DNA of 64,000 nucleotides from Dehalococcoidia bacterium (GTDB lineage Bacteria; Chloroflexota; Dehalococcoidia; Lucifugimonadales; QGNO01). Position 1 is the first letter of the stretch, and each line of letters begins with the position of its first letter. The stretch covers positions 1,705,011-1,769,010 of the forward strand of contig OZ220698.1 of assembly GCA_965116555.1 (NCBI GenBank), given 5' to 3'. A program made the translations under genes and the position numbers. The notes beneath the pieces were generated by a model, which did not search any database, was not told the DNA's origin, and worked only from the letters and a program-made list of their open reading frames with translations. Below are positions 29,910 through 40,432 of the stretch, one piece after another.

Positions 29910-30638
29910 ATGAAAACAGAGTTCACTGCGCCAACCCCCACCGGTAAGAAGCTGTTGCGCATATTCAACCGCCTCTACAGCGAGTACGGCCCCCAGCACT
30001 GGTGGCCCGGCGACGGCCCGTTTGAGACGATTGTTGGCGCCATCCTGACCCAGAACGTATCGTGGAACAACGCGGCGCGCGCCATCGACCGTCTCAAGCA
30101 AGAGGGCATCTTGTGCCCAGCAGGGCTGCGGGAGATCCCCATTGAAGAGCTGGCTGGCCTTATCAAGTCCAGCGGCTACTTCAACGTCAAGGCAAAGAAG
30201 CTCAAGGTCTTCGCGGAGCACCTTGGCAAGAACTACGGAGACAACCTGGAAGCGATGCTCCGTCAGGAGCCTGATACGTTGCGCCGCGAGCTCCTCTCCA
30301 TATACGGCATCGGTGAGGAGACCGCGGACGACATTGTTCTGTACGCAGCAGGCTGGCCCGTCTTTGTCATAGACGCCTACACACGGCGCATACTGGAACG
30401 ACTCGGTCTTGTCTGCGAAGGGAAGAAATACGCCGAACTTCAGGCCTTCTTCCACAGCCACTTGCCCAGAGACACCCGGCTATTCAACGAATACCACGCC
30501 CTGCTGGACCACCACGCAGGCGTCATCTGCGTACGCCGCGACCCGCGTTGCGTCGACTGCTCCCTGCTGGATCTGTGCCCCACTGGGAAGAAGAACGCAA
30601 AGCAACTCTCGCCGCGGGGCAACGCGGCAAAGAACTAG
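29910..30638 (+). CDS. Endonuclease III-related HhH-GPD DNA glycosylase with a C-terminal Cys cluster
   Basis: 242 aa with WWPGDGPFETIVGAILTQNVSW, IYGIGEETADDIVLYA and CVRRDPRCVDCSLLDLC. Confidence 0.85.
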   Translation: MKTEFTAPTPTGKKLLRIFNRLYSEYGPQHWWPGDGPFETIVGAILTQNVSWNNAARAIDRLKQEGILCPAGLREIPIEELAGLIKSSGYFNVKAKKLKVFAEHLGKNYGDNLEAMLRQEPDTLRRELLSIYGIGEETADDIVLYAAGWPVFVIDAYTRRILERLGLVCEGKKYAELQAFFHSHLPRDTRLFNEYHALLDHHAGVICVRRDPRCVDCSLLDLCPTGKKNAKQLSPRGNAAKN

Positions 30639-31888
30639 CCGGAAGAAAGCGCCGGGGCGCGCTGGGCTGGTCTCTTCCGTACGACCCGCTTGCGTTTCCG
30701 CTCCGGCTTACGCTCGGCGGGCTGCGGCTGCTCTCCGGGTTTCAGTATCCCTATGAACGGCAGGTTGCGGTACTTCTCCAGATAGTCCAAGCCGTAACCG
30801 ACAACAAACTCATCCGGAATTTCAAATCCCACGTAGTCCAGCTTGACGTCCACAATCCGCCGGACCTTCTTGTCCAGCAATGCGCAGACCTTCAGACCGG
30901 CCGGATTCAACGACTGCAAGTAACGGAGCAGATAGTTGAGGGTCATGCCCGTGTCGACAATGTCTTCCACCAGGACAACGTGGCGGCCTTCTATGGATAT
31001 GTCCGGCCCTTTCTTGACTTGCACGCCCCCACCTTCAGAGCCGTTGCCATTGCCTCCATAGTAAGAAACGGACATGAAGTCCATGGAAAGCGGCAGCGTT
31101 ATTTCCCTCATCAGGTCCGCCATGAAGCAGAATACGCCCCTGAGCACGCCCAGAAGAACGGGCTGCTTCCCCTTATGGTCACGAGAAATGGCCTTGCCAA
31201 TCTGGCGCACCCTCCGCTCTATCTGCGGTTTGTTGAACAGTACCCGCTCCACCTCAGGGATGTCCTCCTGGACCAGCGGCCCAAACCCGTACTTGGCCAG
31301 GAGCCTGTGAATGTCACGCCTATAGAGCAGCTTGACGTTCACATCCGGGTAGAGCTCGCGCAGATGGCGCATCTTCCTGTTTTTCTCCGTCACCAGGCTC
31401 TGTTTGAGGGTGGTTAGCTCCACGTAGAGATCCAGCTCAGGCAGATAGAAATCGGGAGTGAACATTTCCGCCACCCGTTCACCGTCCCATCTCAGCGGGA
31501 AGGAACGAGGTTCGTACAGCCACTTCACTCCGTAGAAGTCCAGCAGGCTGGTGAAATCATCCTCGCTAGGATGGGCAAAGGGCCGGTGCGTCGTGGGAAC
31601 AGGGTAATGCTCCATCGGCGTGGCAACGGGAGGGGTGTCGATTGAAGGAGATTCGACCCGGGGCTTGGAGGGCCTTCGCCTGCGCGCACGGGGCTTCACC
31701 GCAGTTTCAGCCGTCGCTTGCGCGGTCTGAACCTCGCCGGTCAGACCGTCCGCCTCCACGGCTGAGGGCGACGCTCGCCCTTTCCGCTTACTGCTGCGGC
31801 GCTTGGATCCGTTGCTCTGGCTTTCCCAGGCTTTACTCTGATCGATAGAAGAGGCTGGCTCTTCCGAAATCGATACTTTCTCCATCAA
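30635..31888 (-). CDS. hpt: Hypoxanthine phosphoribosyltransferase fused to an N-terminal PD-(D/E)xK-like domain and basic disordered segments
   Basis: The C-terminal 180 aa are canonical Hpt (VLLGVLRGVFCFMADL, VVLVEDIVDTGMTL, FVVGYGLDYLEKYRNLPFIG). Residues ~100-215 read SEDDFTSLLDFYGVKWLYEPRSFPL...FTPDFYLPELDLYVELTTLK. The ATG is at 31885 (the track uses TTG at 31888). Confidence 0.85.
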   Translation of the reverse strand: MMEKVSISEEPASSIDQSKAWESQSNGSKRRSSKRKGRASPSAVEADGLTGEVQTAQATAETAVKPRARRRRPSKPRVESPSIDTPPVATPMEHYPVPTTHRPFAHPSEDDFTSLLDFYGVKWLYEPRSFPLRWDGERVAEMFTPDFYLPELDLYVELTTLKQSLVTEKNRKMRHLRELYPDVNVKLLYRRDIHRLLAKYGFGPLVQEDIPEVERVLFNKPQIERRVRQIGKAISRDHKGKQPVLLGVLRGVFCFMADLMREITLPLSMDFMSVSYYGGNGNGSEGGGVQVKKGPDISIEGRHVVLVEDIVDTGMTLNYLLRYLQSLNPAGLKVCALLDKKVRRIVDVKLDYVGFEIPDEFVVGYGLDYLEKYRNLPFIGILKPGEQPQPAERKPERKRKRVVRKRPAQRAPALSSG

Positions 31889-31967
31889 ATGTGTAGCTAT
31901 TTTAGCCTAAACAGTCCAAGAGTGGCAACCTTGGCCGCTCTTTTCAACGCTTTTTCTCACTCCCCAC

Positions 31968-34900
31968 TCAGTATTCGTTAACGGGCAGCACGTTATAGGA
32001 GCTTCCCCGTCCCAGGCTGTCCACGGCGGCGCGCGCCGTGTCCAGAGAGGTAAAGCATGAGATACGCCGCTCCGCAGCGGCGCGCCGTATCTCAAAACCG
32101 TCTCGCAATGTGGACGCCGACTCTGAGACCGTGTTGATGACGGCCTTCACTCCTCCCTCTTCTATCACGTCCACCACGTTGGGATAACCCTCCCCCAGCT
32201 TCTTTGCTATTCGGCGGACTTCATATCCAAGGGCACGGATCATTGCCGCGGTGCCTTCCGTAGCGTACAGCTCGCAGTCGGCCTCAGCCAGGGCGCGTAC
32301 CAGGGAAACCGCTTCCGCCTTGTCCTTGTCGGCGATGCTAAGCAGTACGGAGCTTTCTCTGTGCAGGTCAAGTCCGCTGGCCAGCAGGGCCTTGGCCACG
32401 GCGGGCATGAACTCATGGTCAACTCCCATGACCTCTCCCGTGGACTTCATCTCCGGCCCCAGATACGTATCCACTCCCGCCAGCTTTGACATGGAGAACA
32501 CCGGCGCCTTTATCGCCACCAGCTTAGCTTTCTTCCACAACCCGCTTGGGTAACCCTGCTCTCGCAGCGTTCTGCCAAGCACCACTCTTGTGGCAAGCTG
32601 CACCATGGGCACGCCGGTGACCTTGGAGAGGAACGGCACGGTGCGGCTGGACCTGGGATTGGCCTCCAGCACGTATATAGCCGAGACGTCGGTATCGCCG
32701 TACTTGAATGTCGCGGGGTCGCGATAGGGGTCCAATCCCATGATGACGTACTGAATATTGATCAGGCCCTTGGTGCCCAGTCCCAGCGCTATCCGCGTCG
32801 TATAGTCGACCAGCGTGTCCACCTCGGCGGTGGTCAGGGTCAACCCGGGGTATATGGCCATGGAATCGCCGCTGTGGACTCCGGCGCGCTCCACGTGCTC
32901 CATGATGCCCGGGATCAGCACCTGCTCACCGTCACAGATGGCGTCGACCTCCACCTCACGTCCTTCCAGGTACTTGTCTATCAGTATGGATCTGCCGCGG
33001 CCTATCTCTACTGCGGTGCTCAGATAGCGGATAAGCTCGGAGGCGTTCTGCACTATTTCCATGGCCCGGCCCCCCAAAACGTAGCTGGGCCTCACCAGTA
33101 CGGGGTATCCTATTTGTTGCGCTACGTTCAGCCCTTCCTCCACTGTCGTCACCGCCGCGCCGGGTGGCTGCGGGATTCCCTGCCTGGCCAGAAAGTCCTC
33201 GAACTTGTGCCTGTCGGCGGCGATGTCTATGGCCTGCGCCGACGACCCCAAGATGGGCATGCCCAAGCGCCCCAACGACTGCGACAGGTTGATTGCCGTC
33301 TGCCCTCCAAACTGCACCACCGACGGAGGGTATTCAATGCCTCCGTCGGGCGTCTCTATGGCCTCGTTTTCCAGTATGTCCAGGACGCTCTCTTCATCCA
33401 GAGGTTCAAAATAGAGCCTATCGCTGGTATCAAAATCGGTGGAAACGGTCTCCGGGTTGGAATTCACAATGATGCTGGCCGTACCCTCGTCCTGCAAGGC
33501 CCAAGCGGCATGTACGCTGCAATAGTCGAACTCGATTCCCTGCCCTATCCTGATGGGCCCGCTGCCTATCACCAGTGATTTCTTGCCGGGCAGGGGTAAC
33601 GCTTCGTTCTCCTCCTCGTACGTGCTGTAGAAATACGGCGTTTGCGCCTCAAACTCAGCGGCGCAGGTGTCCACCATCTTGTAAACCGGCCGGACTCCCC
33701 ATGACCGGCGCAGATCGCGTATCTGGTCGGGCAGGCGGTCTGCCAGGGTCCCTATGTACTCATCGGAAAAGCCAAGGCGCTTGGCGTTGCGCAACAGGCG
33801 CGGAGTGAGCGGTTCTGCCAGCAGCTGCCGTTCCATGTCCACTATGTTTTGCATACCGCTGAGGAACCAGGGGTCTATCCCTGTGCGGCGGCTGAGGTCC
33901 TGTATGGAAATGGATCCTCTCAAAGCGGCCATGAGAGCCCAGAGACGTGTGTCGTTGGCTTCCGTGGGTAAGCCTTCCAGCAAATCGTCTACGCCACCTC
34001 TCCAGGCGGGGTCCTGCCAGAGCAGGGTCTCTGTCGATTGCTCCAGGGAGCGTACCGCCTTTTGCAGCGCCGCCTCAAAGGTGCGATCGATTGCCATCAC
34101 CTCACCCGTGGCCTTCATCTGAACGCCCAGGTCTCGTTCCCCCGTGGGGAACTTGTCGAAAGGCCAACGCGGTATTTTGACAACGCAATAGTCAAGCGCC
34201 GGTTCAAACACGGCCAGCGTTTTGCCGGTAACCCTGTTTGCAATCTCGTCCAGGCGCTTGCCAATTGCAATCTTGGCGGCAACACGGGCTATGGGATAGC
34301 CGGTAGCTTTGCTTGCCAGCGCCGAGCTGCGGCTCACCCTGGGGTTGACCTCTATGACGTAGTATTGCGGCGACGGCTCTTTGCCATCGGCGAATTCGTG
34401 GGGGGCGGCCCATGGATGCGGCGATAGAGCAAACTGAATGTTGCAACCGCCTTCCACTCCCAGCGCCCGGATGATGCGCAGGGCGGCACTGCGCAGCATC
34501 TGATACTCCTTGTCGGAAAGGGTCTGGGTGGGCGCAACCACTATGCTGTCTCCGGTGTGCACGCCCATGGGGTCTATGTTCTCCATGGCGCACACCGTGA
34601 GGCAGTTATCGGCGCCGTCCCTCATTATTTCGTATTCAACCTCTTTCCAGCCCAAGAGGTACTTTTCCACCAGCACCTGGTGGATGGGGCTGGCGGCCAG
34701 CCCGCTTATTGCCGTCTGTTCAAGGTCATCCCATCCCTGGACAACGCCTCCGCCGGTGCCTCCCAGCGTGTAGGCGGGGCGCACCACCAAGGGGAACCTT
34801 ATCCTCTCGGCCGCTTCCCTGGCTTCCTCCAGAGAAGTTACCGTTTCGCTTTCAGGCACGGGCTCTCCCATGTCTATGAGCAGCTGGCGGAACAGGGAGC

Positions 34901-35288
34901 GGTCTTCAGCCGTCCGTATGGTTTCCAGTGGCGTCCCCAGGAGGCGAACGCCGTACTTGTCCAGAATGCCCGCTTCGGCTACTTCTACAGCCAGGTTGAG
35001 GCCCGTTTGACCGCCCAGAGTGGGTAGCAGTCCCTGCGGCCGCTCCCTCTGTATGATTCGCTCAATGACGTCGACGGTGAGAGGCTCTATGTAGACCACG
35101 TCGGCAATGCCTTGATCCGTCATGATAGTGGCGGGGTTGGAGTTGACCAGAACGGTGGTAACGCCCTCCTCCCTAACGGAACGGCATGCCTGGGAGCCCG
35201 CATAGTCAAACTCGGCAGCCTGCCCGATGACTATGGGCCCTGAACCAATGATGAGAACTTTATCTATCTGAGGAGAGAGTTCTGTCAC
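31968..35288 (-). CDS. carB: Carbamoyl-phosphate synthase large subunit
   Basis: 1106 aa with duplicated ATP-grasp halves and a C-terminal MGS-like domain; typical CarB sequence throughout. Confidence 0.98.
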   Translation of the reverse strand: MTELSPQIDKVLIIGSGPIVIGQAAEFDYAGSQACRSVREEGVTTVLVNSNPATIMTDQGIADVVYIEPLTVDVIERIIQRERPQGLLPTLGGQTGLNLAVEVAEAGILDKYGVRLLGTPLETIRTAEDRSLFRQLLIDMGEPVPESETVTSLEEAREAAERIRFPLVVRPAYTLGGTGGGVVQGWDDLEQTAISGLAASPIHQVLVEKYLLGWKEVEYEIMRDGADNCLTVCAMENIDPMGVHTGDSIVVAPTQTLSDKEYQMLRSAALRIIRALGVEGGCNIQFALSPHPWAAPHEFADGKEPSPQYYVIEVNPRVSRSSALASKATGYPIARVAAKIAIGKRLDEIANRVTGKTLAVFEPALDYCVVKIPRWPFDKFPTGERDLGVQMKATGEVMAIDRTFEAALQKAVRSLEQSTETLLWQDPAWRGGVDDLLEGLPTEANDTRLWALMAALRGSISIQDLSRRTGIDPWFLSGMQNIVDMERQLLAEPLTPRLLRNAKRLGFSDEYIGTLADRLPDQIRDLRRSWGVRPVYKMVDTCAAEFEAQTPYFYSTYEEENEALPLPGKKSLVIGSGPIRIGQGIEFDYCSVHAAWALQDEGTASIIVNSNPETVSTDFDTSDRLYFEPLDEESVLDILENEAIETPDGGIEYPPSVVQFGGQTAINLSQSLGRLGMPILGSSAQAIDIAADRHKFEDFLARQGIPQPPGAAVTTVEEGLNVAQQIGYPVLVRPSYVLGGRAMEIVQNASELIRYLSTAVEIGRGRSILIDKYLEGREVEVDAICDGEQVLIPGIMEHVERAGVHSGDSMAIYPGLTLTTAEVDTLVDYTTRIALGLGTKGLINIQYVIMGLDPYRDPATFKYGDTDVSAIYVLEANPRSSRTVPFLSKVTGVPMVQLATRVVLGRTLREQGYPSGLWKKAKLVAIKAPVFSMSKLAGVDTYLGPEMKSTGEVMGVDHEFMPAVAKALLASGLDLHRESSVLLSIADKDKAEAVSLVRALAEADCELYATEGTAAMIRALGYEVRRIAKKLGEGYPNVVDVIEEGGVKAVINTVSESASTLRDGFEIRRAAAERRISCFTSLDTARAAVDSLGRGSSYNVLPVNEY

Positions 35289-35325
35289 TCCATCCCTCGT
35301 TCACCGGTAAAGGCAAGTAGATTCC

Positions 35326-36429
35326 TCATGATCTACTTACCTCCTTTATAATCGACAGGAACCTGTCGAAGAGGTATTCATTGTCCCAAGGCCCAGGAGC
35401 GGCCTCGGAATGGAATTGTATCCCCATGATGGGGAGCTCCCTGTGTATCATCCCCTCAACCGTGCCGTCGTTGAGATTAACGTGACTCACCTCCATACCT
35501 GCGGGAATTGTATCCGCGTCCACTGCGAAACCGTGGTTCTGAGCCGTAATGTAGACACGGCCCGTAGCCAGATCCCGCACGGGGTGGTTTCCTCCGTGAT
35601 GCCCGAATTTGAGCTTATAAGTCTGTGCCCCAAGAGCCTTGGAAAGAAGCTGATGGCCCAGGCAAATCCCCATCACCGGCAGCTTGCCAATCAGGCCGCT
35701 TACCATGTCCACGGCGTAACCCAGATGCGCCGGGTCTCCCGGCCCGGGCGAGAACACTATCCCGTCGGGCTCCAAGCCCAATACGTCTTCGGCGGTGGTG
35801 CTGGCCGGCACAACCGTTGCCTGGCACCCCCTGGCTTCAAGATTCCTTAAGATGTTGTATTTCAAGCCGCAGTCCGTGACCACAATGTGCGGCCCGGAGC
35901 CATGTTGAACCGGCTTTCCATTCCAGGCGTAGCTATCGCTGGTAGTCACGGAAGCAACGTAGTCCACGTCATCGTACCTCGGCGCACGGCTAAGCCGTTC
36001 CCGCGCCTCCTCCGGGCTCAACTCAGAGGTGAGGCACCCCATCATTGCGCCTTCCCGGCGGATGCGCCTGGTCACGGCACGGGTATCCACTTTGCTGATA
36101 CCCACTATGTTCTGGCTTGCCAGGTACTCGTCGATTGCGCCGTCGCTGCGGTAATGGCTGGGGTTTCTGGATTGCTCGCGCACCACGTACCCGGCCACCT
36201 GAATCCGCCGCGACTCCACGTACCGCTCACTCACTCCGTAGTTGCCGATGAGCGGATACGTAGCCACCACTATCTGCCCGGCATACGATGGGTCGGTGAG
36301 GATCTCCTGGTAGCCGGTCATAGAGGTGTTGAACACAACCTCGCCGAAGGTGGTGCCAACGGCTCCCATCGATTCGCCCTGATAGACGGAGCCGTCCTCC
36401 AGCACCAGGTACGCTTCTCTAACCTCCAA
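35326..36429 (-). CDS. carA: Carbamoyl-phosphate synthase small (glutaminase) subunit
   Basis: 367 aa with the GICLGHQLL active-site Cys and a FHSEAAPGP-type motif. Confidence 0.97.
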   Translation of the reverse strand: MEVREAYLVLEDGSVYQGESMGAVGTTFGEVVFNTSMTGYQEILTDPSYAGQIVVATYPLIGNYGVSERYVESRRIQVAGYVVREQSRNPSHYRSDGAIDEYLASQNIVGISKVDTRAVTRRIRREGAMMGCLTSELSPEEARERLSRAPRYDDVDYVASVTTSDSYAWNGKPVQHGSGPHIVVTDCGLKYNILRNLEARGCQATVVPASTTAEDVLGLEPDGIVFSPGPGDPAHLGYAVDMVSGLIGKLPVMGICLGHQLLSKALGAQTYKLKFGHHGGNHPVRDLATGRVYITAQNHGFAVDADTIPAGMEVSHVNLNDGTVEGMIHRELPIMGIQFHSEAAPGPWDNEYLFDRFLSIIKEVSRS

Positions 36430-37795
36430 CGGTTGCCACCTCTGCCATCTCTGAATGCACTATTCTGCCACCTGCTATGGTGGCTGTTACTCGACCTTTC
36501 AATGCGACCCCTTCCAGCGGAGTGTTCTTGCCCTTGGAAGCGAACTCCTCGCTGCGCACCACCCACTCCTTTTCAGGATCGAAGACTACGACATCGGCGG
36601 TAGTCCCCTCTTGCAGCGTCGCCAGATGGGCGTATTCCTGACCCAGTACGGAGAGGGCGCCCGTGGTCAACCCGGCAACCAGGGTGCTCAACTCCACTTG
36701 GCCGCCGTGCACCAGCCTCATCAGCAAGCCTAGAGCGGTTTCCAGACCGCTGAACCCGTAAGCGGCGTCGTCATACGTCACCAGCTTGTCAATGACTGTC
36801 TGGGGCGCGTGGTCCGTGGCAATCGCATCTATCCACCCGTCTCGCAACCCTGCCACCAGCGCCTCCACGTCGCGTTTGGTCCGCAGAGGAGGGTTAACCT
36901 TGGTAAGGGTGTCGTATGCCTCGGGGCCCAGCGGCCCGCCCAAGGGCCCGTCCTTGTCATGCCCTACCACCCAGCTCTCGTCCAGCGTGAGGTGGTGAGG
37001 CGTAACTTCCGCGGTTACCTTTATCCCCTGTTGCTTCGCCAATCGAACCAGCTCCACGGCTCCCGACGTCGTCAGATGCGCCACGTGCAGATGACCGCCC
37101 GTCAGTTGGGCCAGCGAAATATCCCGCGCAATCATCGTTTCTTCAGCGGCGGCGGGCCAGCCGCTTAACCCCAAACGGTTGGAGATATGCCCTTCGTTCA
37201 CCGGCGCTCCCTGTGAGAGCTCGGTATCCTCGGAATGCTGGAGTACGGGGAGCCCCAGCCCGCCTGCGTAAGCCAGGGCCTGGCGCATCAGGTGGGAGTC
37301 CTCCACGGGGCTTCCGTCGTCGCTGAACCCCACGACACCCGATTGCGCAAGCTCCCACATCTCGGCCAGTTCCTTCCCGGCCCGGCCTTTGGTCACGCTG
37401 CCTATTGGCAGCACTCGGGCTTTCCCTGCCGCAGCAGCTTGACGCAGCACAAACTCCACCGTAGAGGCGTTGTCCATAGCGGGGTTGGTGTTGGGCATGG
37501 CGCAGATGGTGGTGAACCCGCCTCTCACGGCGGCTTCCACGCCGGTGGCAACCGTCTCTCTATCCTCGTAGCCCGGCTCCCTTAGATGCGAGTGCAAATC
37601 GATGAAACCGGGACAGGCCACAAGCCCATCGCCTTTTATGACTTGGCAGCCCGGCGGCGCGTGGCCGTTGCGAATCGCCCCGCCCGCATGCTTTATCACG
37701 CCATCGACTATAAGCAGGTCGCCCGTCTCGTCCATACCCCTGTGGGGATCGATGATACGCACGTCTCGCATGAGAAGGGAGTGCGTGCCGTTCAC
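36419..37795 (-). CDS. pyrC: Dihydroorotase
   Basis: 458 aa with DLHSHLREPG metal-binding motif and a DHAPQ motif; sits between pyrB and carA. Confidence 0.93.
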   Translation of the reverse strand: MNGTHSLLMRDVRIIDPHRGMDETGDLLIVDGVIKHAGGAIRNGHAPPGCQVIKGDGLVACPGFIDLHSHLREPGYEDRETVATGVEAAVRGGFTTICAMPNTNPAMDNASTVEFVLRQAAAAGKARVLPIGSVTKGRAGKELAEMWELAQSGVVGFSDDGSPVEDSHLMRQALAYAGGLGLPVLQHSEDTELSQGAPVNEGHISNRLGLSGWPAAAEETMIARDISLAQLTGGHLHVAHLTTSGAVELVRLAKQQGIKVTAEVTPHHLTLDESWVVGHDKDGPLGGPLGPEAYDTLTKVNPPLRTKRDVEALVAGLRDGWIDAIATDHAPQTVIDKLVTYDDAAYGFSGLETALGLLMRLVHGGQVELSTLVAGLTTGALSVLGQEYAHLATLQEGTTADVVVFDPEKEWVVRSEEFASKGKNTPLEGVALKGRVTATIAGGRIVHSEMAEVATVGG

Positions 37796-38823
37796 TGCTG
37801 CCCTCCCTGCGCTTGACTCTTTTGCCGCGAGCCCATCAGCAGATAGAGCAGCGCCATTCGCACCGCCACGCCGTTGTGCACCTGTTCCTCTATCAACGAC
37901 TGCGCTCCGTGGGCAACGTCGGGGCTAATCTCCACCCCCTCATTCATCGGGCCGGGATGCATGACCAGGGCGTTGGGCTTGGCCAAGGCCAGCCTATCCT
38001 TGGTGATGCCGTACATCTTCGAATATTCGCGCAGCGTAGGGAGAAGCCCCGCCTGCTGCCGCTCCAATTGGAGGCGCAAAGGCATTACAACGTCCGCTTC
38101 TGTGATGGCCTTCTCTATGTTGGTCTCCACCTTCACTGAGCCAAACAGATGTCCATCCCTGAGGTGCCCGCCGGAAAGGAACTCCTGGGGCAACAGCGTC
38201 GGAGGAGCGCATAGCACTATTTGAGCTCCTGCCGTCCGCAAGGCCCACAGGTTGGACCTAGCGACCCTGCTGTGGGTAACGTCCCCCACTATGACAACCT
38301 TAGCGCCGGCCACGGAGCCTAAGTGCCGCTTCATTGTGTACAGGTCAAGGAGCGCCTGCGTGGGATGGGCGTGCCAGCCGTCTCCCCCGTTGATGACGCC
38401 CGCGCGCTCCAGGTTCCGCGCCATGAAGTAAGGAGCCCCTGAATGCGGGTGCCTTACCACTATAATGTCCGTACCGGTTGCTTGCAGTGTCCGTACCGTA
38501 TTGAGAAGCGATTCGCCTTTTTCAACGCTGCTCCCGGAAGACGATACGTTGATGACGTCGGCGCTGAGAAGCTTCCCCGCCTCTTCGAACGAGACCCTGG
38601 TGCGGGTGCTCACTTCGTAGAACAGGGTGACTATCACTTTGCCTCTCAGAGTGGGGACCTTCTTGATGTCGCGGCTGAGCACCTCGCGCATAGCGTCCGT
38701 GGTGCTCATCACCAGGTCCAGCTCCTCGTGGGAGAAGTCGTCCAGGTCAAGCAGGTGACGGCGGGAGCCGTTTACCATGCTCGGCCGGGCGATTGTCTTA
38801 GCCTGCTGTAGAGTGGATGCCAT
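37792..38823 (-). CDS. pyrB: Aspartate carbamoyltransferase catalytic subunit
   Basis: STRTR, HPTQ and HPGP motifs. The start is either ATG 38823 (5 nt after the GIY-YIG stop) or ATG 38844 (the track start, overlapping it). Confidence 0.95.
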   Translation of the reverse strand: MASTLQQAKTIARPSMVNGSRRHLLDLDDFSHEELDLVMSTTDAMREVLSRDIKKVPTLRGKVIVTLFYEVSTRTRVSFEEAGKLLSADVINVSSSGSSVEKGESLLNTVRTLQATGTDIIVVRHPHSGAPYFMARNLERAGVINGGDGWHAHPTQALLDLYTMKRHLGSVAGAKVVIVGDVTHSRVARSNLWALRTAGAQIVLCAPPTLLPQEFLSGGHLRDGHLFGSVKVETNIEKAITEADVVMPLRLQLERQQAGLLPTLREYSKMYGITKDRLALAKPNALVMHPGPMNEGVEISPDVAHGAQSLIEEQVHNGVAVRMALLYLLMGSRQKSQAQGGQQ

Positions 38824-38827
38824 AGCC

Positions 38828-39196
38828 TTAATGGAACTTTCCATCCTTCGTAGTGTTGTGCTTCGGGTTGGTCCCGTATTGGCGACGATGAGAAGCCAGC
38901 TTTGCAGCTTCTATGCGCTCAGCAGACTTTCGAGGGATCGCCCTAGTCTCAACCACCAACTTATCCCCACGACTGAGCTTACCGGCCTCGCGATGTTGAG
39001 CCGCGCGCCGAGTCGGGTTGTTGGTAGACCCTATGTATTTGGTGGCGCCCTTCCCGCTCCTGATTGAATACTGAACTGCCTTGCCTGATTTTATTTGGCC
39101 TTTTGGTCGAGCACTCTTTCCATTACCTGAGCTTCTTCCACTAAAACTCCGTCGAACTCCGCCTCTGTAGCTTCCTCTGCCGTATCCTCTAGCCAT
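38828..39196 (-). CDS. Small GIY-YIG nuclease-superfamily protein with an RGG-rich N-terminus
   Basis: 122 aa. AVQYSIRSGKGATKYIGSTNNPTRRAAQHREAGK followed by ERIEAAKL...YGTNPKHN fits the GIY...YIG...R...H...E...N layout. AGGAGA lies 6 nt upstream of the ATG. Visibly AT-richer than the flanking pyr genes. Confidence 0.65.
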   Translation of the reverse strand: MARGYGRGSYRGGVRRSFSGRSSGNGKSARPKGQIKSGKAVQYSIRSGKGATKYIGSTNNPTRRAAQHREAGKLSRGDKLVVETRAIPRKSAERIEAAKLASHRRQYGTNPKHNTTKDGKFH

Positions 39197-39208
39197 ACCT
39201 AATCTCCT

Positions 39209-39887
<679 letters not shown>

Positions 39888-40001
39888 TCAGGAAGTATAG
39901 CATCGGCTTTGGCCAAGTTACAATCTGAAAAAGCTGGATTACAACTGCTTTTTCCGCTCGTTATCAGTGTACAATGGCCGCAACCTACAACACTGGGAAG
40001 G

Positions 40002-40364
40002 ATGACAATGCCCATATACATCCAGCTGTTGACTTTGACCCCCGAAGGACGAGAAAGAACGCTGGAAGACCCGGAAAGCGTACGCCGGGCCCAGTATGAA
40101 ATAGACGTCCCTGGGATAGAGCTGCTTGGGGAGTACGGAGTCCTTGGCGAGATCGATTTTGTGAATATAGTGCAGGCGCCCGACAACGACTCTATAGCCA
40201 GGTTTTCGCTTGAGCTCGGCGTCAGAGCAGGGGTGCACATCAACACTATGCCCGCTATACCCATCTCGCGGCTTGAAGGGGCGGTACGGAGAGAAATTCC
40301 CTCCCTGGTAACCGGAGCCCCTTCGCCCGGGGATGATGAAAGCATCCCTACCGGGCAGGACTAG
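40002..40364 (+). CDS. GYD domain protein
   Basis: M(TM)PIYIQLLTLTPEGRERT...EYGVLGEIDFVNIVQAPDNDSIARFSLELG. The start is ATG 40002 or 40008, after GGGAAGG. Confidence 0.8.
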   Translation: MTMPIYIQLLTLTPEGRERTLEDPESVRRAQYEIDVPGIELLGEYGVLGEIDFVNIVQAPDNDSIARFSLELGVRAGVHINTMPAIPISRLEGAVRREIPSLVTGAPSPGDDESIPTGQD

Positions 40365-40374
40365 CTTAGTAAGC

Positions 40375-40409
40375 AAGAGACGCTCAGCACCGGATGCTGA
40401 GCGTCTCTT
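40375..40409. terminator. Bidirectional terminator hairpin between convergent genes
   Basis: A perfect 14-bp stem (AAGAGACGCTCAGC / GCTGAGCGTCTCTT) with a 7-nt loop. It lies between the GYD stop and the malic enzyme stop. Confidence 0.6.
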
Positions 40410-40432
40410 TACTCAGGCGGAAAGACTCCGTC

